Assembly: GCF_001194135.2 (NCBI RefSeq)
Contig: NC_068981.1
Coordinates: 43,127,642 to 43,181,806, forward strand
DNA: 54,165 nucleotides
DNA from: Octopus bimaculoides
Lineage: Eukaryota
Direction: 5' to 3'
Shown: piece by piece, positions 38,136-51,660 of the stretch
Numbering within the stretch: the first letter of the stretch is position 1
Layout: every line of letters starts with the position of its first letter
Program-made: the position numbers and the translations under genes
Notes under the pieces: model-generated
The model's input: only the letters and a program-made list of their open reading frames with translations
Database searches by the model: none
Told to the model about the DNA's origin: nothing

Positions 38136-38624
38136 GTATGTATGTATGCATGTATCTTCACTTCTTTCCTCAATTACTTGAATTAATTGCTTGTATGTAT
38201 GTACGTACGTACGTATCTATTGGCTTTAAAGTATGCACAAAATAATTAGAATGTAATTACATTCTGGAAAATAATTAGGACATGTCATGTGATATGTCCA
38301 CCTTGTCACATGAAAAGAAGCTAGACTATATTGATTTTAATGTATGCACAAACTACCTAGAATTTAATTTCACAAAATCTGTTCATAACAGAAAACTTCT
38401 AAATACGGATTTGAAATCAGCATACCAAAATTACCCAGAAACATTTATTTGTTTCCCTGTAGCAAAATTTCTGTTTCCTTGTGTAATAGTATTATCAAAT
38501 ACTTTCTGTTTGAGATGTGATTATATAACTGAAGTTTTGTGTTTAAATAGGCTGTTACTATTTGCATATATGTAAGTGGATATAACTAGACAGGTATTAA
38601 AAGCAAAGTTGCAGGCAATACTGG

Positions 38625-39195
<571 letters not shown>

Positions 39196-39212
39196 GTATA
39201 TATGTATATATA

Positions 39213-39705
39213 TATCAAGTCATCCCATAAGTTCTGTCCGAATTTTGAATAAAGAAAACAAGTGATCAAATGTTATATTTAATTGAAATTTAATTATCAA
39301 TGTACTTTCCATGATTATCTATGACTTCCTTCCATCTATTTACAAGCTTTTTAATCCCATCAATGTAAAACTCTTTTGGTTTCAAAGAGAAGAACTCTGA
39401 AATGTCAGTTTCGACCTCCTCCTGGCTCGCGAAAGTTATGTCACCCAAATGATTCTGTAAACTATGAAACAAATGGTAGACTGAAGGAGCAAGGGTGGGA
39501 GAATAAGGTGGATGAGGAATTTTTTTCCCAACCGAGCTCTTTGGTCTTCTGTGATGTGGTCTTTGCAGTGTGGGGTCACGCATTGTCCTGATGAAACATC
39601 ACTCCTTTTCGATTATTAAAGCAGGTCTTTTTTTCTTCAAAGCCTTGTTCAAGTGCTCTAATTGCTGACAGTAAACTTGAGCATTGATTGTTGCATTAGG
39701 TGGTA
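39213..39705 (-). mobile_element. Mariner transposon 3' half
   Basis: NRKGVMFHQDNA*PHTAKTT..WEKIPHPPYSPTLAPSVYHLFHSLQNHL..GIKKLVNRWKEVIDNHGKYIDN; ends at a (TA)n run. Confidence 0.88.
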
Positions 39706-39730
39706 ACAATTCATATATATATGTACCACA

Positions 39731-39891
39731 AGTGCAGGAATGGCTGTGTGATAAGAAGCTTGCTTCCTAACCACATGGTTCCGGGTTCAGTCCCGCTGTG
39801 TGGCACCTTAAGCAAGTGTATTCTACTATAGCTTCAGGCTGACCAAAGCCTTGTAGTGGATTTGGTAGCTGGAAACTAAAAGAAGCCTGTC

Positions 39892-39943
<52 letters not shown>

Positions 39944-40147
39944 TTGTTATTTATGTCTGTGTTTGTCCCACCCACCATCGCTTGACAACTGATGCTGGTA
40001 TGCTTACGTCCTCATCACTTAGCAGTTCAGCAAAGGAGACCCATAGAATAAGTACTAGGCTTACAAAGAATAAGTCCTGGGGTTTATTTGTTTGACTACA
40101 GGTGGTGCTTGAGCATAACCGCAGTCAAGTGACTGAATCAAGTAAAA

Positions 40148-40150
<3 letters not shown>
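39731..40150 (+). mobile_element. Near-complete SINE family A
   Basis: Head, internal (TA)n tract, body and aagtaaaagaata tail are all present. Confidence 0.9.
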
Positions 40151-40178
<28 letters not shown>

Positions 40179-40685
40179 NNNNNNNNNNNNNNNNNNNNNN
40201 NNNNNNNNNNNNNNNNNNNNNNNNNNNNNNNNNNNNNNNNNNNNNNNNNNNNNNNNNNNNNNNNNNNNNNNNNNNNNNNNNNNNNNNNNNNNNNNNNNNN
40301 NNNNNNNNNNNNNNNNNNNNNNNNNNNNNNNNNNNNNNNNNNNNNNNNNNNNNNNNNNNNNNNNNNNNNNNNNNNNNNNNNNNNNNNNNNNNNNNNNNNN
40401 NNNNNNNNNNNNNNNNNNNNNNNNNNNNNNNNNNNNNNNNNNNNNNNNNNNNNNNNNNNNNNNNNNNNNNNNNNNNNNNNNNNNNNNNNNNNNNNNNNNN
40501 NNNNNNNNNNNNNNNNNNNNNNNNNNNNNNNNNNNNNNNNNNNNNNNNNNNNNNNNNNNNNNNNNNNNNNNNNNNNNNNNNNNNNNNNNNNNNNNNNNNN
40601 NNNNNNNNNNNNNNNNNNNNNNNNNNNNNNNNNNNNNNNNNNNNNNNNNNNNNNNNNNNNNNNNNNNNNNNNNNNNNNNNNNNNN

Positions 40686-40723
<38 letters not shown>

Positions 40724-40835
40724 CCTTTGTAAATTTAACTTGTCAAGAGTTTATCTCCTTTTTATCAGTTTTGCAGCTATATATATATTTATATATTTAT
40801 TCCTTAACAGCCAAAACAAATTCTATGAGATATGT

Positions 40836-41218
40836 GTGTTGGCATTCTGTCGCTTTCGACGTCGAGGGTTCCAGTTGATCCAATCAACGGAACAGCCTGC
40901 TTGTGAAATTAATGTGTAAGTGGCTGAGCACTCCACAGATACGTGTACCCTTAACGTAGTTCTCGGGGATATTCAGCATGACACGGTATGACAAGCCTGG
41001 CCCTTTGAATTACAGGCACAACAGAAACAGGAAGAAAGAGTGAGAGAAAGTTGTGGTGAAAGAGTACAGCAGGGTTCGTCACTATCCCCTGTTGGAGCCT
41101 CATGGAGATTTAGGTGTTTTCACTCAATAAACACTCACAACGCCCGGTCTGGGAATCAAAACCGTGATCCTATGACCGCAAGTCCGCTGCCCTAACCACT
41201 GGGCCATTGCACCTCCAC
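40836..41218 (-). mobile_element. tRNA-derived SINE family D, variant 2, with 14-bp TSD
   Basis: tctatgagatatgt occurs at 40822-40835 and 41219-41232. The minus-strand head has A-box tggcccagtggttag and B-box-like ggttttgattccc. Confidence 0.88.
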
Positions 41219-41897
41219 TCTATGAGATATGTAAGGAAGTTAGAAAAGTTAAATACTAAATTTTTTTTTGAGGCATTCAGTAGTTTTGAGAATCTAAGGA
41301 AGTGTAGTTGATTGACTTAACCCCAATATATTTCCTCCATATGCAATCAAAGTTAGAGAAGTGTCTTGCATTGACCTCTTGGCTGAAAGGCTGTAAAATT
41401 TTATTCCTTTTATAACTTGAAATTGTTTTATAATAAGCTTATTTATGCAGGCTTGTAACTTACTGTCTAATATAGTCTGCACACTTCAGCCAAAGTCATT
41501 GTTTTCATTACAGCTAGTTAAATAATAGCCATACCTACCAGATACCAATGAAATATTGATTTTATTCTTATTCTAGTACTTTAGGAGTAAACTCACAGAA
41601 CACTGATTATCAGAGCTAAACACAGATATGTGAACACTGAGGAAGAGAGAGGGGGAGAGAGTGAGACAATAAATGAGAAGCAGCCAAGCCAGTTTTATCT
41701 ACAGAGACAGGGAGACATACAGACACACATACACTTACATACAAGCATATGTAATTTTACACATTTAGATATATATATGCATGCACATACACACAAGTAC
41801 ATGTATATCTCTCCCTCCTGTCCTGCATCAGTGTTCACATATCTGTGTTTAACTCAGGCAGTCAGTGTTCTGTGAGTTAGTCTTAAAGTATTATATG

Positions 41898-41946
<49 letters not shown>

Positions 41947-42029
41947 CCACACACATTTATACGCAGACAAACAGACACACAGACACATACATACACATAT
42001 ATACATATTAAGTTTTTTTCTTTTTTGTT

Positions 42030-42395
42030 TAGATATTTCAGTTAGACTGTGGTGCTGGGGCACCGCATTGAAGAATTTTTAGTCAAATGAATTGATTCCG
42101 GTAATTAAATTTTTTGCTAAGTTCAATACTTATTCTATCAGTCTGATTTTGCCAAACCACTAGGTTATGGGGATGTAAACACACCAACACTGGTTGTCAA
42201 GCAGTGGTGGAGGGGCAAACACAGACACAAAGACACACACACACATATATGTACAATGGGCTTCTTCTAGTTTCTATTTACCAAATCCACTCACAAGGCT
42301 TTGGTCAACCAGAATATATAGTAGAAGACACTTGCCCAAGGTGCCTCACTGTGGGACTGAACCCTGAGCCATGTGACAGCCACACCTGTCCCTGA
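42030..42395 (-). mobile_element. SINE family A (degenerate)
   Basis: Reverse complement of the family A head and body (agaagacacttgcccaaggtgcc..gggactgaaccc). Confidence 0.8.
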
Positions 42396-43049
42396 TACAT
42401 ATAATTTTTTCCTTGATTTAAACCTACTTTTTCTATGTTGATATGAGTTGGGAGGAATTGTGATGTGGCTGTTTGCTATGGTCAGATGCTTTCCTTATGC
42501 CAACATGTATTTGTTCCCAATAAGGTGTTTTATTCCAACCTCCTTAACAAAGCAAAGAGCTAAGCTGCTGTAGTTATTGTTTATGACTGACACAAACAAT
42601 GTCAATGCGGTCCAAGAACTCCAAATGTGAAAATCTGAGGAAACAAACAAATTCAGTCGTTCGTCTCATATCCATCTTCTTCATGCTTATATAGGTTAGA
42701 TGAATATATTATTGAGGCATTGTTTTTATGGATGGATGCCTTACCTGTCAATAACATTCAACTTGTTTTCCAAGTATAAGGGATCTCTTATTATGCATAC
42801 TTTGAAGAAGCAAAGCCAGCAGATAATTTGTTGACAAAGAAAATGGAAACGTGGCACAGCTTGTGAAGCTTGCTTTCCCCATTTCTTTCTAGTCTCTCCC
42901 TCTCTCTCTCTCCCTTTCTTTCCCCCTCTCTCTCTCTATCCCTGTCTGTCTGTCTGTCTGTCTCTATCAGATGCGTTTTTTATTGATGAATAGTTTGATA
43001 GCATCATGAAAAAACTGTTTTCTTCAGGTGCTTAAAAATTTGGTCTGAA

Positions 43050-44415
43050 AAATATACCACAAGGTAACTCTCCATCATTTCTAGCAAACAGCTTTAGATC
43101 GTCCATATAAAACAGATGGTTTATTGTAAACTTTGAACCCATACCTGGTGTTATTTAGTTCGTTTGAGAGTGGGATCAGTGCTATGCAAAAGAATAATGG
43201 GAAGAAGGAGTCACCCTGATGTTGATGTTGTTAGTTTGGCTCATCCCAGTACTATGGTTTAGAAGGAGACGTGTGTTCCACTTGACCTGTCATCTCTAAA
43301 TACTTGCAAGGTTGTATAACCTTGCAAGTATTTAGAGATGACAGGAGAGATCTTATATATCTCAAGAGCCTTGAGTATTCAATTATGTGAGACACTATCA
43401 AATGCTTTCCTCTAGTCTTTCCATGCCATACTCATGTTTTTTTCACTCCAGCAATTCTCTGCAATCATTTTACTTATGAGTAATTGATCTTTGCACACAT
43501 AAGTATTCCTTTTAACACCTTTTTGAGCTTGTGGAAGGATAGATCTCTCTTTAAGGAAAGCATATATTCTGTCAGTTAATATGGATGTGAGGATCTTGTA
43601 AGTGGTGTTGAGACATGTTACTGGTTGGTAGTTCTTTGGATTTTTTGTGTCTTCAGTTTTTGGCAGATGGTATGTTGTTCCTTCGGTCAACCAGGCAGGT
43701 ATTTGCTCTGGGTTCTAGATGACATCAGTCAGTGATGCAGCAAAATTTTGGTGTACTTCTGTCAGACAATTTAACCAGAAGTTAAGAATTCGGTCCAGTC
43801 CTGAGGTTTTCCATTTGTGAGACTTCCTAAGAACACATCTTAGCTCTTCTATTCCTATTGCCTCACATTTCTGCTCTTGAACTTCATCCAGTCTCACTTT
43901 CTCACTTTCTATTCAGTCAGCTTTACTATTATATTCTTTTTTGTTGCTCCATATCTTCTTCTTTCAGAACTCTTTCATTTCCTCACTCTTAGGTGGCTTC
44001 CTTACTTCTGTCTTACTTTTGCCAATTTCCCCAATAAAATTTCTTTGCATCCATCTTGAATATCTTGTTTTGTCGATAAAATTTGATTCTTTCATTATAC
44101 CCTTCTAAGCCGTTGGTCTTTCAGTTGTATTCATTGTTTCAATTGTTCCTTGGCTGCAGTGAGGTTTATAAAATCTTTGATTTTATATTTTTGCTTGATA
44201 TTTCTAGCTCATTTCATTTTAACATTTACTCCTCTAGCAAGTTCATCCACAACTGATACATCTGCCCGCAGATATTTGATCTTTGTTTTTGTATTACTAC
44301 TTCCACTTAGAAGGTCTGTTGACATGGTTAGTCCTTTTCTGTGTCATCCTGATATCTGGTTCAGCAGTTACAACTTTAGCAGTGGAATGCATGAGGTTGT
44401 TTAAGGTTGTTGGGT
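43050..44415 (-). mobile_element. R4/Dong-like LINE, pre-RT and RT fragment
   Basis: RQNKIFKMDAKKFY, WKTSGLDRILNFW, TYHLPK..KNYQPVTCLNTTYKILT, DQLLISK, RKAFDSVSH, GDSFFPLFFCIAL, HLFYMDDLKLFA (YMDD at 43098-43109). Confidence 0.9.
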
Positions 44416-44417
44416 CA

Positions 44418-44730
44418 TTTCTTCTTCTTCTTCTTCTTCTTCTTCTTCTTCTTCTCCTTCTTCTTCTTCTTCTTCTTCTTCTTCTTCTCCTTCTTCTTTT
44501 TCTCCTCCTCCTCCTCCTCCTTATTTTTCTTCTTCTTCTTTTTCTTCATTTTCTTCAAATTTACTTCCATTTCTCGNNNNNNNNNNNNNNNNNNNNNNNN
44601 NNNNNNNNNNNNNNNNNNNNNNNNNNNNNNNNNNNNNNNNNNNNNNNNNNNNNNNNNNCTTCTTCTTCTTCTTCTTCTCCTTCTTCTTTTTCTCCTCCTC
44701 CTCCTCCTCCTCATCATCATCATCATCATT
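44418..44730. repeat. (CTT/CCT)n microsatellite spanning an N gap
   Basis: Direct reading. Confidence 0.95.
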
Positions 44731-44734
44731 ACTA

Positions 44735-45205
44735 TTATTATTATTATTGAGTGAGAGAGCAGTACATACAATCAAAGTGACGCTGGGGTACATATATATG
44801 AAACCCAATATACCCATCATGACTGCCCAACTGATAAGGGTTCACCAGGCACATGCATCACAACAATATGTGCATGATCTCATATCAAGATAAGCAGCAC
44901 ATGATCTTGCAGGTGGGGCCCATTTAGAAGTTTCCTCAAGTCGAGTTGCCCATCCCACTCAAAAGGTCTCTGAATAAGTTTTGTTTGATGATGATAAACA
45001 AAGCACCCATGTTTTCAGAGGTGAAGTGTCCAAACCCAAAGAATTTTTCTCAACACATGGCTATGATGCTCCCCCACAACTTCTACTCATGATCAGAGAT
45101 GCACATATCACCAGCCACAAAGTGACATGATCAACTGGTTAAGGTCAAGCAACTAACATGCAGATGTGTGGCATTGAGCAGAACATTTTCTGTGGCCCAT
45201 CTTTT
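44735..45205 (-). mobile_element. About 500-bp non-coding interspersed element, copy 2, with (AAT)n tail
   Basis: Colinear with 12780-13260. The minus strand ends ctctctcactcaataataataat. Confidence 0.8.
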
Positions 45206-45617
45206 ATATTATTATTAATATTATTATTATATCTAACACACCTTCTTTATATTGTCTCTCTGTCACCTTTTATTTTTCTTCCTCTCTCCCTGTCTTTTGT
45301 CCTGCTTGTTTTCTCTCTCTCTCTTTCACTTGTTTCTCTCTCACTGTTTATTACTTTCTGTTCTCCCTTTCTATTTCTCCTTCAGCATACTTATAAAGAG
45401 TCATGCCATCTTCCTAACAACAAGCATTTATACTCTGTTATCATAATGTAAGAACATGTTTGCCTGAAGAATCCTTGTGAATATGCATCCATATGTTCTA
45501 TTGAACACCTTCTACAGAGGAAGCAAATATCCACAATGGTGAAACATACATTGGGAACAAATGGTAGAAACTGCAGCTTGTATTTACCATATTTCCCTCA
45601 ATATTTGCTCTGTGTAT

Positions 45618-45850
45618 TATCATCATCATCATCATCGTCGTTTTACGTCCGCTTTCCATGCTAGCATGGGTTGGACGATTTGACTGAGGACTGGTGGACC
45701 AGGAGGCGACACCAGGCTCCAAATCTGATTTGGCAGAGTTTCTACAGCTGGATGCTCTTCCTAATGCCAATCACTCCGAGAGTGTAGTGGGTGCTTTTAC
45801 GGCTACGCTCAAAATGGTGTATTTTACGTGCCACCTGCACATACCAAGTG
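45618..45850 (-). mobile_element. SINE family B
   Basis: (CAT)n-cgtcgttttacgtccgctttccatgctagcatggg..gtagtgggtgcttttac. Confidence 0.88.
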
Positions 45851-45977
45851 CAGTGGTAGCCACAGCATTTTACTGGAATAGACTGAATGATGATACTCTA
45901 CACGAGCACTAAACTTACCAATAACAGTTGTACATCTAACAGTAGATACAGAAAATATAATAAATATGCATATATGT

Positions 45978-46185
45978 AAGGTGGTGAGCCGGCGGAATAA
46001 TTAGCATGCTGGATGCAGAATGCTTAGTCTGTCTTTATGTTCTGAGTTCAAATTCTGTTGAGGTCGACGTTGCCTTTCATCCTTTCGAGGTGGATAAAAT
46101 AAATACCAATTGAGCACTGAGGGCTAGTGTATTTGTCTTAACCCTATACCCCCAAATTGCTGGCCTTGTGCCAAAATTTGAAACT
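45978..46185 (+). mobile_element. Degenerate SINE family C
   Basis: aaggtggtgagccggcggaat..gttctgagttcaaattc..gaggtcgacgttgcctttcatcctttcg..ggccttgtgcc. Confidence 0.78.
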
Positions 46186-46436
46186 ATGTGTACATATATG
46201 TGAGTGTGTGTGTATATGTACATATGGATAAATACATACATTTATGTTCATATTTATATAAACGTATTATTTGATTAACATTTCAGATTAGTATAATCTG
46301 TAATGTATCCTACCTCACCAGATATTTCGAGTGTCTTAGCTTTTCTTATCTTCATGAGCTTAATTGTTTTATCTGCTATACTGATGTCAACTTGAACTAC
46401 AGATCCCTTTTTCCTTTGCATTCTCAGCATTGAACA

Positions 46437-46438
46437 GC

Positions 46439-46469
<31 letters not shown>

Positions 46470-46565
46470 CATCATTATTATTATTATTATTATTGTTGTT
46501 GTTGTTGTTGTTGTTATTATTATTATTATTATTATTGTCATCATCATTATTACTATTATTATTAC

Positions 46566-46610
<45 letters not shown>

Positions 46611-46700
46611 CATCATCACCATTATTATTATCATCATTGTTACTACTATTATTACTATTATTATTATTATTATTACAATTATCATTACTATTATTGTTAC

Positions 46701-46742
<42 letters not shown>

Positions 46743-46813
46743 CATCATCATTATTACTATTATTATTACTATTATTATTATTACTATAATTATTATTATC
46801 ATTATTATTATTA

Positions 46814-46872
<59 letters not shown>

Positions 46873-46880
46873 GTTATTAT
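46437..46880. repeat. Long imperfect (ATT)n microsatellite
   Basis: Direct reading; explains the poly-I, poly-N and poly-L ORFs. Confidence 0.95.
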
Positions 46881-47099
46881 TAGGATGGTGGAGATCAAAA
46901 CTGGAGAACACTGAACATACTATCTTTGCAACTATTCATATATGTTCTTTTATTTTTCTTTATTCAAGTAACTCCTATCTTAACTAGCTTTTATTCCTCC
47001 AGGGCTGCCAAAATACTTCACAATAACGAACTGAGTTTAATTCACGCAACTGTTCCTCTCTTCAAGAAATTTTGTGGTCTTGTGAAACTACTAGAACGC

Positions 47100-47420
47100 A
47101 TCATTGATGTCATCATTGTTGTCATCATCACCAGCACCACCAGCACCACCAGCACCACCAGCACCAGCATCGTCATCGTCATCATCATCGTCGTCGTCGT
47201 CATCGTCGTCGTCGTCGTCATCGTCATCGTCATCATCGGCATCATCATCATCATCGCCATCACCATCATCATCGCCATCACCATCACCATCACCATCACC
47301 ATCATCATGATGTCATCATTGTTGTCATCATCACCAGCACCACCAGCACCACCAGTACCGCCATCGTCATCGTCATCATTGTCTTCATCGTCATCATCGT
47401 CATCATCATCGTCATCATCG

Positions 47421-47474
<54 letters not shown>

Positions 47475-47485
47475 CCATCATCATT
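47100..47485. repeat. Compound CAT/CAC/CGT trinucleotide tract
   Basis: Direct reading. Confidence 0.93.
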
Positions 47486-48504
47486 ACCATTCTATGAATG
47501 TCAGAAAAGCTAGAAAATATTATTGTACTTGTTGCTGTTGTTGATAGAGGTTATTTGTTTTGATGATTATATATNNNNNNNNNNNNNNNNNNNNNNNNNN
47601 NNNNNNNNNNNNNNNNNNNNNNNNNNNNNNNNNNNNNNNNNNNNNNNNNNNNNNNNNNNNNNNNNNNNNNNNNNNNNNNNNNNNNNNNNNNNNNNNNNNN
47701 NNNNNNNNNNNNNNNNNNNNNNNNNNNNNNNNNNNNNNNNNNNNNNNNNNNNNNNNNNNNNNNNNNNNNNNNNNNNNNNNNNNNNNNNNNNNNNNNNNNN
47801 NNNNNNNNNNNNNNNNNNNNNNNNNNNNNNNNNNNNNNNNNNNNNNNNNNNNNNNNTATATACCATCTTATTTCTAAATAATACTTGTAACAAAATCTAA
47901 TAGTATTCAAGAACACCTGTGCCTTTAATTAATGTAAAATATGATATTTGTTTCTCGGTAATGTTTGTAGTTGTATCTGAAGATGTATTGATAGTTGTTG
48001 CCTTTGTTGGTAACGATTCTGTTGACGATGCTGATGATGCTAACAGAAGTTATCAGCATGGATGTATTTGTACTAGCAGTTAAAGAAATTGAGATTCTGT
48101 TGTTGCTGGCTCTGCTTCTTAACCATTTGAATGGTAGCCAGCCCCAAGACAGTCCATTTAGAACATTGTTTTTTTTTTTGTGTTTTTTTTTTATATTTTT
48201 ATTTTTTAAAAATTTTTATTTTCACTCAGCATCTCATAATTGCATGAATGATAATATAAAGCTTCAGATAGTCAACATCAACATAGTTTTCCAACATAAA
48301 TAATCTAAAAAAGAACCATTCAAAATAATATCACTCTTAAATTTTCCTGTAACATTAGAAAAAATATCTTAGACAATGTGATCCTGAGTTCTATGCTCAT
48401 AAGAATAAATGGAATGGTCATAGTTGGAATACTTTTGGTTATAGGTCTGCTGAATAAAGGCTGACCTTGGATTAATCAACGACAGCAACCACCAACATTT
48501 AAGT

Positions 48505-48665
48505 TGGGGAATGTTGCCATAATCATTGTCTTCAGTTCATCTTTCGTGTTACAAGGGATTTTGATAGTCTCTCACTCAACTGTGCCCCACACATAATAAT
48601 CAAGGAGGTTGCAGTCTGAGGAGTTAGGTGGCCAGATGTTACGGGTAATGTGGTCACAGAAATTG
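48505..48665 (-). mobile_element. Small fragment of the DD37D family found at 52870-54165
   Basis: NFCDHITRNIWPPNSSDCNLLDYYVWGTVE..PCNTKDEL. Confidence 0.75.
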
Positions 48666-49030
48666 GTCTTAGAAGGATGAAAAGAAAAGACAACCTCAGT
48701 GGCATTTGAACTCAAAATGTAAGGCTGGAAGAAATGTCACTAAGCATTTTTCTAGCAAAGTAATGATTCTGCCAGCTTGTGGCCTTCCTTCAGTTCAATA
48801 TTCATTTCAAATTAAATTTTGGTGCCAGGCCAGCAATTCCAAGGGAGGTAATAAGTCAATTACTTTTACTCCAGTGCTCAACTAGTGCTTATTTACTTAC
48901 TTCATCAACCCCCAAAAGGATGAAAGACAAAGTTTAAACTCAGTGAAATTTGAACTAAGAACGTGGAGACAAATGAAATGCACACTACGCATTTTGCTGG
49001 TGTGCTAACAAATTCAGCCATCTCACTGCC
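48665..49030 (-). mobile_element. Two degenerate SINE family C copies
   Basis: aaggatgaaaag..acctcagtggcatttgaactc..ctaagcattt and a second aaggatgaaagacaaagt..tttgaact..gtgctaac. Confidence 0.65.
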
Positions 49031-49074
49031 TTCCTTCAGTTTAATATTTTCATTCATAACCTCACATAAAAACC

Positions 49075-49121
<47 letters not shown>

Positions 49122-49713
49122 ATGGAAACACACACACACAATCGGATTGATGACGTCTCAAGATAGTCTTTCTACCGGCTAGATAGAGTAACTAAATGCT
49201 AATCAAATCATACCTGGCCACTTTGGTTATTATTTATATATTGATTTAATTTAGTCATGTGTTGTTTGCATGACAAGTCTTCCTAGGACTACATTATACA
49301 TAATATCATTCCTTTCTTTTTCTTTAAAATTCAAATAATATAGTATTTGAGAGAAACTTAGTTACTAGAATGGCAACTGATTGTGTAGAAGTTCTGCACA
49401 TTGGTTCTTGTGACAGAATGCATAAGGTTAGTAGATAAAAATGATGATGATGATGACGACGATGATGATGAAGATGGCGATGACGATGACGACGATGACG
49501 ATGACGACGATGACGATGACGATGATGATGATGGTTGATGACAATGTTGGTTATGAAAACACTTGATGATAATGACAATGATAATTAGAAGGACAACAAC
49601 AGGGAAGAGAAAGATGTTGCTGCTGTTGCTGTTGCTATTGCTAATGATGACGTTGATCATGATGGTGATGACGGTGATCATGATAGTGAGAATGACTATT
49701 ACTGCAGGCAGTT

Positions 49714-49767
<54 letters not shown>

Positions 49768-50161
49768 ATAAAATTCAGGTAGCTCTGATAATAGTGGTGG
49801 AATTGGTGGTATAAATTCCTCAGTTCTTTGTTAAATACAAATAAACATCTTCATCAATAATTAGCTAATCATTCTACATCATTTTCTCCAATTAAGATCA
49901 ATAGCCGTTCACTATTCATTTTCTTTTTCTCGGCAAAAGCCTGTAATTATCAATTGTGTGTGATTGTTTAGTTTCATTTTTGTTCTAAAACACCTTATCA
50001 CCATCATTATTTTGCTCTTCCTCTGCCTCACCACCATCAACATCAGCATTAGTAGTACATTTATGACCACCACCACAACCACAACCACCACCACCACCAT
50101 CAATGAACCATCTTTAATAGAATCATTATTTTGTAGTTTTAATTTTGGGGTATGTTTATAT

Positions 50162-50192
<31 letters not shown>

Positions 50193-50777
50193 CACACACA
50201 CATAATATTGATGATTACTATAATTAATATTATTAGGCTGGTGAAGGGCATGATTGAAGAGTGCAGCAAACAAAATGGCTTGCGGTATTTAGTTACACCC
50301 CTTTACATTCTGAATTAAATTCTAGTAGAGGTCAACTTTGTTTTTTCATCCTTTATGGGTCAATGAAATAAGTAGTAATCAAGTAGTGGAGTTCATTTAA
50401 TCAATAATACGCATCCTAAAATTTGTGGCCTTGGGCATCTTTTAGAAATCATTATCTATAATGTTATTCTGCTTGTCAAGACAATTGTGTGGTTTGTGTT
50501 GTGCTTAAAACAACATTTACTATGGAATGAAATCAAAGACATAATTCATATGTTTGACACAATGAGACAAATTTGAATGTGAAAAGTTGAATTGTTTAGC
50601 ATTTAAAGCAGTCATATCCAGCAAAATATTCCATCTGTTTTATGTTCAAATTGATCAGATCCAGGCTCTCACTCCTACCCTACAATGTTATTCTACATTA
50701 AATAATCACATCAGTGAAATCTCAAAGATATGAGGTAATGCACGATTAATTCAAAACAATGTGAACCAATAAGCACT

Positions 50778-51117
50778 TGGCAAGACATTCGAGCGAGATC
50801 GTTGCCAATGCTGATGGACTGGCTCCTGTGCAGGTAGGAACGTAGAATACACCATTTCGAGCATGGCCGTTGCCAGTAAGACATTTGAGCGAGATCATTG
50901 CCAGTGCCGATGGACTGGCTCCTGTGCAGGTGGCACGTAAAAGCACCCACTACACTCTTGGAGCGGTTGGTGTTAGGAAGGGCATCCAGCTGTAGAAACT
51001 CTGCCAAATCAGATTGGAGCCTGGTGCCGCCTCCTGGTCCACCAGTCCTCAGTCAAATCGTCCAACCCATGCTAGCATGGAAAGCGGACGTTAAACGACG
51101 ATGATGAGGATGATGAT
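50778..51117 (+). mobile_element. SINE family B with duplicated head units
   Basis: Two catt(c/t)gagcgagatc(g/a)ttgcca(a/g)tgc(t/c)gatggactggctcctgtgcaggt units, then the canonical tail. Confidence 0.9.
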
Positions 51118-51134
51118 TAAAGGGGATAAGTATC

Positions 51135-51660
51135 TAATCTTTGGAAAGAAATCAGAAGCAACTGTTAACATGGTAAAACAAATTTGTGTGTTGTACTTTC
51201 AACTACATAAAGCTATGGAAAGAAATCAGAGATATAATTGAAATATTTAGCAATAATGAAATAAGTTAAAATGTTATACTTGCAATTATATTAATTACAA
51301 AATGAAATCAGATATAATGGATATATTTAATATAATGATACAAGTTTGGATGTAGCATGTTCAGCTACCTAAACTATGGAAAGAAATCAGAGACATCTTT
51401 GAAACTTTAACAAAATAAAACAAGTTCAGTTGTTATACTTTCAAATACTTAATCAATGGAAAGAAAACAGAGACATAACTGATATAATTCACATAAGGAA
51501 ACATGTTTGTGTTATGCTTTCATTTACTTAAATTACAGAAAGAATTCATAGACATAATTGAAACTCTAACATAATCAAACATATTCAAGTGGAAATACTT
51601 GCAATCACTTAAACTTTGGATAGAAATCAAGGACACAATATATTTAGCACAATGAAAATA
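51135..51660. repeat. Degenerate minisatellite, about 80-bp unit, 7 copies
   Basis: The anchor tggaaagaaatcagag recurs at about 51142, 51216, 51297, 51377, 51457, 51536 and 51617. Confidence 0.8.

Noticed and set aside
46926-47513. 195-aa ORF with a hydrophobic start and an apparent acceptor near 47000
   Set aside because: The non-repetitive part aligns loosely to a decayed SINE C, and the rest is trinucleotide repeat.
49145-49200. TTGATGA followed by a possible short stem
   Set aside because: No downstream GAAA or NUH triplet could be placed.
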